This document shows, piece by piece, positions 54,268-64,000 of a DNA stretch of 64,000 bases; the stretch's first letter is position 1, and each line of letters begins with the position of its first letter. Where the stretch lies: the NCBI GenBank assembly GCA_951406725.2, contig OX597828.1, positions 6,076,001-6,140,000 of the forward strand, in the 5' to 3' direction. A program made the position numbers and the translations under genes. This DNA is from Octopus vulgaris. Taxonomy: Eukaryota. Below the pieces are notes generated by a model. The model was not told where the DNA came from and searched no databases. It worked only from the letters and a program-made list of their open reading frames with translations.

Positions 54268-54721
54268 ATCTTTTCTACTATAGGCACAAGGCTTGAAATT
54301 TAGAGGAGAGGATAATCAAATACATCGACGCTAGTACTTAGCTGGTACTTATCATATTGACACCGAAAGGATAAAATGCAAAATCGACCTCGGCGGGAGT
54401 ACGTGGAAACGGACAAAATACCGCTAAGCATTTCACCCAGCTCGTTAACGATTTTTTTCTTTACTACCCACAGGGGGAGGGGGGCTAAACACAGAGAAGA
54501 CAAACAAGGACAGATAAACGGATTAAGTCGATTATATCGACCCCAGTGCGTAACTGGTACATATTTAATCGACCCCGAAAAGATGAAATGCAAAGCCGAC
54601 CGCAGGCGGTATTTGAACTCAGAACGTAACGGCAGACGAAATACGGCTACGCATTTCGCCCGGCGTGCTAACGATTCTGCCAGCTCGCCAGCTCGTTAAC
54701 GATTGTATCAGTTTGCCGCCT
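54268..54721 (-). mobile_element. Older SINE A containing a nested younger A2 copy (54454-54687) with 17-bp TSD
   Basis: CCAGCTCGTTAACGATT duplicated at 54437-54453 and 54688-54704. Confidence 0.88.
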
Positions 54722-54751
54722 CTGGGAGAAATATGAGCAACTGCAGTGTTC

Positions 54752-54952
54752 AAGGCGTGAAGCTAGCGGAATCGTTAGTACGCCGGTTAAAATGCTTAGC
54801 AGCATTTCGTCCGTTTTTACGTTCTAAGTATAGATTCTGCACAAGTCGTCTTTGACTTTTTATCATTACGGAATTGATCAAATAAGTACAAGTTGATCGA
54901 ATCGACTTACCGGCTCCACAAATTGCTGGCCTTGTGCCAGAAGTTGAAATCA
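54752..54952 (+). mobile_element. SINE family A, head-to-head with the preceding copy
   Basis: AAGGCGTGAAGCTAGCGGAATCGTTAG...GCTGGCCTTGTGCCAGAAGTTGAAATC. Confidence 0.82.
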
Positions 54953-55114
54953 GTTACAGTTCTGTTCAGTACTACTATCAAAACTACTATTATCATCTCT
55001 CATGGAATTGTAGTTAGCCTTCTATCATTTCACATTTGATTAAGAAAGCCACCATACGGATTACATTACAAGTTTAGGAAGATATTGTACATTTACTGCA
55101 AAAAGGTAAAGATA

Positions 55115-55511
55115 GGCGTAGGAGTGGCTGTGTGGTAAGTAGCTTGCTTACCAGCCACATGGTTCCGGGTTCAGTCCCACTGCGTGGCATCTTGGGCAAG
55201 TGTCTTCTGCTATAGCCTCGGACCGACAAAAGCCTTGTGAGTGAATTTCGTAGACGGAAACTGAAAGAAGCCTGTCGTATATATGTATATATATATATGT
55301 ATGTGTGTGTGTGTTTGTGTATCTGTGTTTGTCCCCCTAGCATTGCTTGACAACCGATGCTGGTGTGTTTACGTCCCCGTAGCTTAGCGGTTCGGCAAGA
55401 GAGACCGATAGAAAAGTACTGGGCTTGCAAAAGAATAAGTCCCGGGGTCGATTTGCTCGATTAAGGCGGTGCTCCAGCATGGCCGCAGTCAAATGACTGA
55501 AACAAGTAAAA
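55115..55511 (+). mobile_element. SINE family B, full length
   Basis: GGCGTAGGAGTGGCTGTGTGG...GGGTTCAGTCCC...CAAATGACTGAAACAAGTAAAA. Confidence 0.93.
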
Positions 55512-55924
55512 ACAAAAAACAAAACATAGCATTTCAAAATATCCAAAAACGATTTGCCGCATTCTGAATGAGTTTATTAAGTCATGTTTCCCCCTCATGA
55601 AAATAATGTCACTTCACCAGTTAATACTGTATTCTGCGTAAATTGTTATAATACACTAAACGCACCGTACAGAGAAGGATATGCGTATGCTTTCTCTGAC
55701 GAAGACATGAGAAAACTAGAAACTGGTATAATATATTTCATTCCTTGCTCACAGAGATGAAATTGTAGCGTAACCATCCATTTTATATAACGTTTCAGGG
55801 TGATATTAAAACAGAATGCTAATTTAAAATAACATTACTTGAATTTCAGATCGTTCGACCATTGTGTATAGTGCATTACAACTTTGAGTGCGCATGCGCG
55901 TGTATATATATGTGTGTATATATA

Positions 55925-56026
<102 letters not shown>

Positions 56027-56195
56027 GCACATATATGTATATTTTATATCTGTGTGCATATATGTCTACCAACATATATAAATATTGATACACATATCAA
56101 CATATGTACACATATATATTTACGGACATATAAACATATATATAACAAACAATACATCCATAAACACACAGAAAAGCGCATACATTTACACGTGA

Positions 56196-56250
<55 letters not shown>

Positions 56251-56372
56251 TTTGATTATAAACATGTGCGAGTGTATGGGAGGGTGTCTGAACGTATCAT
56301 CCATATGTAAATATATTCATATTTATTTATACACATTTTATATGTGCACATATATATGTTTATATATGAACA

Positions 56373-56416
<44 letters not shown>

Positions 56417-57576
56417 CCAAGCATGCATACGTAAATAGATATACATTTATGTATATTTATATTCATGTATATTTAATGGATTATTTCCAGTTGAGAGAAA
56501 ATTAAAGACCACCATAGTTATCTATATTCTGCATTTTCTTCCAAAGAATTTTCTTGGAATGTTTTCTATGGAAGTCGTGTTCTTTATATTTCGACAATAA
56601 ATACATTATTTAATAGAATAGCTTTGGTACTATCGGGGAAATCGTGCCATTCCCGAATTCTTATCAGAGATCGAATTACATCGAATACTGTTCCTATATA
56701 ATACGCCACGGTATTCTTAGTAGCCGAATAAGAATTGTAAATCTTTATCACGTTCCATGATATCGGACCGACTATAAAAGAAACTGAAGTCGATATCTTA
56801 TGATATTTTATACAAACAGCGTTTGCTATTTGCAAATGTTACTACTACTGCTACTGCTACTGCTTCTCCTAATACTGCGTAGACAACCGCCACTACCACC
56901 ATCATCCACCACTATCGCAACAACAACAATGACAATAGCAATTACTACTACTACTACTACTACTACTAGTATAATATTTTATATTTTTGTATTTGTGAAT
57001 ATATATTTCGTAAAAACGTTTGCTTTTTATATTTTGTTTTTGCTTCTGTTTCTGCTTCATCCTACTATACCACGAAATAAAAGCATCAGCTAGCTAAGCA
57101 GAAGTAAAAATCTATCACGAATGGCACTTTCCATTTTCGTACACATTGAATACTATGGTCCTCTTTCCTTTGTCTGCGGGTAAAAATAAGAAAGGCTGTA
57201 GTACATCATGCTTTTAATCACAAGTTTAGGATGACCTGGAGTTAACCTCTGCAATAACATCGGTTACCTAATACGTACCTTAACAAAACTCTATATATTG
57301 CTTGGCTCTGAAATCCTAAAATCCCAAAATAAGTTTAAGTAGAATGCTCTTAAAGCAGTCATGCCTTTCCTGTATTTCAGTACTTCAAACAAGTGAACTA
57401 TTTTCAACACGGAGATGAAAACTGAGTTTCGTTACGAGCTATTGGGAATGCATTTGATACTTTCAGCTAGTGAAAGAGAATTTCTGGGAAAAAAATGTAT
57501 ACCGACTCTTCTTCATACTCTTCGCAAGCCCTCACTTATAGCTTACCGTTAATGTTCCCATAATATAGTTCCATTA

Positions 57577-57789
57577 TACTCTCTTTACTCTTTTACTCTT
57601 TTACTTGTTTCAGTCATTTGACTGCGGCCATGCTTGAGCACCGCCTTTAGTCGAGCAAATCGACCCCGGGACTTATTCTTTGTAAGCCCAGTACTTATTC
57701 TATCGGTTCTCTTTTGCCGAACCGCTAGGTGACGGGGACGTAAACCCACCAGCATCGGTTGTCAAGCAATGCTAGGGGGACAAACACAG

Positions 57790-57820
<31 letters not shown>

Positions 57821-58007
57821 TATATATATATATAAACATATATACGACAGGCTTCTTTCAGTTTCCGTCTACCAAATCCACTCACAAGGCATTGGTCGGC
57901 TCGGTGCTATAGCAGAAGACACTTGCCCTAGATGTAACGCGGTGGGACTGAACCCGGAACCATGTGGTTGGTAAGCAAGCTACTTACCACACAGCCACTC
58001 CTGCACC
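57577..58007 (-). mobile_element. SINE family B, full length, with (TAAAAGAG)n tail
   Basis: Near-identical reverse complement of 55115-55511. Confidence 0.93.
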
Positions 58008-58799
58008 TATAAGTTTCTTTTATTTTATTTCTTTGGATCTAGTTTTTATTTGATGCGCAAAATATGCATTTTTTAAAAGGGAGTATAGAATCGGCTATAA
58101 TAATGTAGCATTTCAGTCTCATTGCTTTGAAGGTATAATGTGGTAGAGAAAAAATTGGAGTAAAAAGTTACAGAGGTGTAAAAATCGAAACCCTGAGTAT
58201 TTTTAGCCAGTAGCAAGCCAGAAATTTTCTGCATTTAGCAGAACGGTGTCAACTTTGAGGCTGTACACTGTGAAATTTATAGTTTAGCGTCTGACAGAAA
58301 TACCCAATTAAACCAACATGTATCATCTTACTGTTTCTTTTGTCTCTTCATTGACAGTATGTTTTTTATCATTTAAAAACATTGTCATATTACTATATTT
58401 GTCTTCATGTGTTTACTATATGCGTACTTCAGTATTATGTATACCTGCCATGTATTTTCTACATCATAAATATATAAGTGTAATTGTGTGTGTTTGCATG
58501 TGTGTAAATAGGAGCGCCTGTCTCCAAAACTCCAAAGTTGAGTAACGTTTTCAGGCTTGGATTTGTAAACTACAATACAAAAATAGCACTGGTCAACAAA
58601 GAATTTGTCCCAACGAAGAGAATACATGCATCTCAATTTTTTGGCATGCAGAATTCAAAAGTAATGTCAAATTATTTGTATCACCTACAGTTTCTCTGTT
58701 CCATGATATCTCTCGCAGTTCCTGTTACTTGTGCTAAATTTCAGTTAAGCTGCTGAAATGTGAATACTCATAATTAATTTTTTTGTGAATAGAATTAAC

Positions 58800-59224
58800 C
58801 TAGTGAAATCACAAATCCAGCTATCTGAGTCATTGTGTCCCAAAGATATATGAAATGAAAAATATGTCGAAATACTAACACACAGGAAAAGCACAGAAAA
58901 ATATGTGATATACTAATACACTGAAAAATTAAAACACACGGGTAAAATCAACATAGACAACAGCGGCACAGACAACAGTGAACCACAACACAGCGTGCGG
59001 TTGTCATGGTAACAAGCTACTAATGCCACGCAGTCTGTTGATTGGTTAAAATTACCCAAATTTCCCAAATTTAATTCCAAATAACATCAGATTCTTTAAT
59101 TTACACGATAAAGTAATTGGTTGATCGCAATCAAAATTCAGAGTTGCATCGACACACCAAAATTGAAAGCAATCTGTGTAAAATTAAGGGGGCAGTGCAC
59201 ATGTTGCGCATTAGAAAGACTAGA
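58800..59224 (-). mobile_element. Probable non-autonomous Helitron
   Basis: Minus strand A|TCTAGTCTTTCTAATGCG start; degenerate hairpin (ATCCAG-CTAT-CTGAGT) about 15 nt from the terminal CTAG at 58800-58803; the flanking base is not the canonical T. Confidence 0.55.
59000..59013. promoter_or_regulatory. RFX X-box-like palindrome
   Basis: GTTGTCATGGTAAC fits the GTNRYC/ATRGYAAC pattern; inverted CCAAT (ATTGG) at 59041. Function untested. Confidence 0.3.
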
Positions 59225-59621
59225 TCCGTTTCTTTTTTAAACAAGCTGAGATGATATTGGAATAATGAGGCTTGAAATTTCAGCAGTTTGAAATTTCTTT
59301 CTTTAAATTGCCTATCCTTTCAAAGGTTTTTGTAGACGATTTGCTATTGCCCATACATGGAAATCTCTCCTCTTATCAATGCAAGGAAAAATACAGTTGA
59401 CACAGCTGGAAGCCGTGTCGTTGCGTGCCTTCTCCATTTATCGAAAATAGTGGAAACAGATATCGCAAGCCACATCTTTCAACCAACAGACCACACAAGA
59501 CTAGTGTTTCTGTTATCGACTCAGAAATGATGTAATATGAAAAGCAATGCAGATGGGAGGTTAGTATGTGGAACTAATAAATTTCTACCAACACTACGAT
59601 CATTAATATTTTGAAGTTGAC

Positions 59622-59805
59622 AACCTGGCAGAATCATTAACACGTCAGCAAAATGGTTCGCGGCATTTAGTCCGTCTTTATGTTCTACGTTCGAATTCCG
59701 ATGAGGTCGACTTTGCATTTCATCCTTGCAGGATCGATAAAATAAGTAACAGTTGACTCTTTCTCTTAACTTGCTGGCCTTGTGCCAAATTTTGAAATCA
59801 ATATT
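59622..59805 (+). mobile_element. SINE family A
   Basis: CTGGCAGAATCATTAACACG...GAGGTCGACTTTGCATTTCATCC...GCTGGCCTTGTGCCAAATTTTGAAATC. Confidence 0.82.
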
Positions 59806-60315
59806 TCTCTAAACGAAAATAAGAAAATACTACAACTACTGTTGCTGCTGCTGCTGTTACCGTGCTGTTGTTGTTGTTCTGCTACTTCTACAAATGTCAA
59901 GGCTAGATGTGCTGCCACCAGAGATGAATGCTTTCATTGTTTTATGATCATTCTCATAGCAGGACGTGTTGGTGGGTTCGTAGGATAGGGTGAGCAGCAC
60001 CGTTAGTTCTTTGAGATGTATGAATATGTCTAATACACTAAAATAATCAACCAGTGAGATAGAAGGTACCCTATGTAGTTGTTTGGCTTGCTAGGAACAG
60101 CAATCATATCTCATTCAAATTACGCTGTGCTTTCTCTAAGAAAGTGGGGCAATTTAAATATCGCGGTGAAATATAACCTTGGATACGTTATTCGAAAAAG
60201 CTATAAATGGTTAACTATTGTTTGAGAATGTTCTTTATACTTGTAAATTAACTAAAACTTATATATATACAGATAGATAGGTAGATAGATATTATATATG
60301 CATATTATACATATA

Positions 60316-60316
<1 letters not shown>

Positions 60317-60404
<88 letters not shown>
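60317..60404. repeat. Pure (TG)n
   Basis: Direct observation. Confidence 0.97.
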
Positions 60405-60408
<4 letters not shown>

Positions 60409-61072
60409 TGGTTCAGTTAATATAGAATTCTGTGAAAGATTGTCGTGTTTCAGAGACTACCACTCTGCGTGTGTTTACGTCAGAGCCTGAATTATCTTTT
60501 CAAAATTAAACAGACATTTTTCTTGGTGATTTCAAAGCGATAACACTGCAAAAAAAAAAAAAAAAAAACAGAAAAAAATTATTAATATACACTGATGCGT
60601 CAGTGAAATCTAAACTGATAGCTACAAGTAAACAAAAACTTGAAACCATGGATTTAATTAATTCATTTATTGTTCATAGAAAAACGATTTTCTTTGTATA
60701 ACGTATTATCCTTTATTATAGTTCTATTGATTTTATCTGACTGGCATATGATCTTAAGGAAAGAACAAATATTTTCTATAGCAGAAATTTGGGTTATTCA
60801 ATCTCAAGTAAAAGGTTTCTATTCCGTTAGATTAAACCATTACACAATTTCTATTAATTTCTAGTTAATTGAGAGTTTTGTCATTAAACTCTCATATATA
60901 ACGAATCGCTCTGCCTGGGACAAGTCTAATTTTTCTAAAGTACGTGTAAAATAAATTCAAGAATTACAGTTAATTGTAAAAGTTCAAACGTTGCAGTAAT
61001 CATTTAAAGGTAAATAAATATTTTAGAGTCAGTCACCTGTTTAATCGGTCAGATTTATTTATTTGGGGGATG

Positions 61073-61139
61073 TCTTATATTAAGAGGTCGATAAATGTCC
61101 TCTCTTATATTAAGAGGTCGATAAATGTCCTCTCTTATA
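61073..61139. repeat. Exact 30-bp tandem duplication
   Basis: TCTTATATTAAGAGGTCGATAAATGTCCTC twice plus a partial third unit. Confidence 0.9.
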
Positions 61140-62955
61140 AAAATCCATGTAGAGACTTTTCGTAAATGAATTCTGAAATGCTCCTTTGATAGGATATATG
61201 GAATTTTCACACTAATTTTGATACTCATCGCGAGAATAGAAATAGCGATATATTCATTAATTTCTCAATGCTGTCTCCTTTAACAATATTTAAGTCAGCT
61301 TATAATTATTTGCTGCAAGAAGCTGAGTGTTGATAATGCACCAAATTAATGTCTTTCAAGTAGAATAAATTTTAATAATTCATGTATTACATTACAGATA
61401 TTAAGTTATAACTGAGAGAAATGTTTTGTTGAGATGATCTAATATGGTTTAGTGATAATGAATGACCACAACTCCCAACCAAATGAAACGGCTGGTGTCT
61501 CCGCTTAAAAAAACAATACATAAACATCATAGAAACACAGAAAACACTGTAGTAATGTTGAAATTCCTATTCGATACTCAGTAAATAGCTGTAAACTTTA
61601 AGCCTCACGTATAAGGATACAATTTTATGTATCTTGTCTATGCTGCTAAAATGAAAAGAGTTAAAATTTACGTCAGTGTTCTTCTACACTCCTAAGGCAA
61701 TTATGTTATTGATTGGTCAATTTGACTTTGAAATATTTGTGCCAATAAATTACCAAGAGGTTATAATTAATCTAGTGATATTCAGTGGAAGTAGAGACGA
61801 CAAAAGAAGGTGCCCAAGACAGAAAAAAAATCTTTATTCGTGGAGAATTCTTAGGACAATGCATATTTTTATGATTTATTAATTGTTAGTCTGAGGGAGA
61901 ACGGATAGCCGCAGCTAATTTAGGACTAACCTCACTGCTGGGAGCAAAGAATTATTCTTTTCTGAGCAAACTGGAGACCCGGCCCAAATACTTGCATCAG
62001 TCTGCCAAACATTGGAAAGGAGTGAGATGGTACTGGAAACTAAAGACGTTTTAAGGAAGTTAATTGTTCGCCTAATTTTGTTTATATTTTGTGGCGTAAA
62101 TTAACTCTACAGTTGTAAAGTGGAAGCAATTTAATTAGTTTAACGAAAGCAGTTTTAGATCATTGATGATTTAGGAAAATACAATAACCCGATCATTCTA
62201 CTTCGTGTGGGTTTGAAACACTGCACCAATGTTGCAAATCCATTGTTTTGCGGGGAAAAAAAAGTATCGATTCGTTTATCAAATCATAATACACCTACCA
62301 GTGTGTGCTGAAACAATATATTCTCACGTGCAGACACACGAGGTTTATTTTCTTTCAAATTCACCCACTTTATTTCATTCTTTATCATTTTCTTCCTCTT
62401 TTTATCTTATGTTCTATGAAATCTTGCATTATAGCAAATTACAGAGAATAACTTCGTTGTTTAGATCCACTTTCACTAATGGACATGTCTTGTTACCATT
62501 CCAGAATGCAGAGAGAAAAAGAAAAGCTGCAAACCTTATAGTATACACTGACAGTTGCGATAGCTTGTTACATTTAAATTCAGGCAGTTCAGATTGGGCA
62601 TATATTAAGTATGCTAATAAAACACTTCTACATCTTCTGCATTATTTCTATTTAGCACATAAAACTCATAGAATATTCCCATTCAGATATAAAGCATTTG
62701 ATTTTAAAATGTTGTTCAATTTGACGCCTTTACAAAAAGTTTAATTTAAATTCATTCTCGTTGTATCAGTACATATACCACAAGTTTATTGTTCATAAAT
62801 ATCCACTCTCCTTATCCATTATGCAATGAGTTCAACTACAGTACAGCTATATACTGTGACAATATAATATATAGAAGAATATGTCCTCATATTACTTATA
62901 TTACCTATCAATATAACATCCAAAATATATTTAATCTGCCTAACTCAACATTTTT

Positions 62956-63180
<225 letters not shown>

Positions 63181-63519
63181 CGTACATGCGTATTTGTATG
63201 CATGAATGTATTCACAGATACACACACATATACACGCATAATATATACAGTTACATATGCGTTGTAGGCGCGCTGACAAACGATAAACAGTGGTAATTCG
63301 TACTTTACACACTTGCCTCACTCTTTTAATCTCAAATCCAAGAGAGCACCCTTCATATAAACAACCTAAATGAATGTGTTATTCTCATTTTACTATAACA
63401 TTTATATATACATATACAAATACACATGTATATATGTACCAAAACATACATACATTGCAGGTAGCTTGTTTGTAAGTGTGATTATGCACGCTGTAATAGA
63501 TTTCAACAGTCTCAGTGAA

Positions 63520-63553
<34 letters not shown>

Positions 63554-63720
63554 CGCACTAACTTATATAAGATAAAGGATTAATATATACTATAGGATTA
63601 TAGTTCCACCTAATAATAATTTGTTGCTCAAAGTTTCATGTCCCTATTCTTCGATATTCCTCAAATCTGGTTGGCTGATTGGTAGAACTAACACTGATTT
63701 TACAATATTTCCTTCAACCC

Positions 63721-63935
63721 AAGGCGGCTAGCTGGTAGAAACGTTAGCACGCTGGGCGAAATACTTAGCAGTATTTCGTCTGTCTTCATGTTCTGAGTTC
63801 AAATTCTGCTGAGGTCGACTTTGCCTTTCACAATTTCGGAATCGATAAATTAAGTCGCAGTTGTGTACTGGGGTCGATCTAATCAACTGGCCTCCTCCCC
63901 AACAGTTTCTGGACTTGTTCTTAGAGTAGAAAAGG
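63721..63935 (+). mobile_element. SINE family A, full length
   Basis: AAGGCGGCTAGCTGGTAGAAACGTTAG (A box), GAGTTCAAATTC (B box); imperfect TSD ATTTCCTTCAACC/ATTTCCTTGAAACC. Confidence 0.88.
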
Positions 63936-64000
63936 CATTTCCTTGAAACCGGTTAGTAAATAATATAGAGAATAAAAGAACGCTTTCGACAAGTGGCAAA

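Noticed and set aside
62229-62744. 171-aa ORF in non-repetitive sequence
   Set aside because: Composition typical of AT-rich noncoding DNA; no domain or splice evidence

Overview
AT-rich, microsatellite-saturated animal genomic DNA. It is most likely an octopus (coleoid cephalopod) intronic or intergenic region; this is inferred from the SINE families and not from a database hit. No host protein-coding gene can be supported, and nearly all ORF-track entries are microsatellite read-throughs or transposon debris. The window holds about 7 degraded R4/Dong-type LINE fragments (RT plus restriction-like endonuclease) stacked in (TAA)n arrays and two Tx1/L1-type LINE remnants. It also holds a full-length defective mariner, three non-autonomous Helitrons, an intron-containing Chapaev-like transposase stub, MITEs/foldbacks, four tRNA-derived SINE families (called A-D here) and a non-coding (TAA)n-inserted retro-sequence (E). 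The most unusual signal is in a non-autonomous repeat family (F): a complete hammerhead-ribozyme core whose three strands lie in a non-canonical order, implying a pseudoknotted or domain-swapped fold, with pairing preserved in two divergent copies (46113-46176 minus, 52040-52100 plus). A second notable signal is a 3' stem-loop shared between a SINE subfamily and the adjacent Tx1-like LINE.
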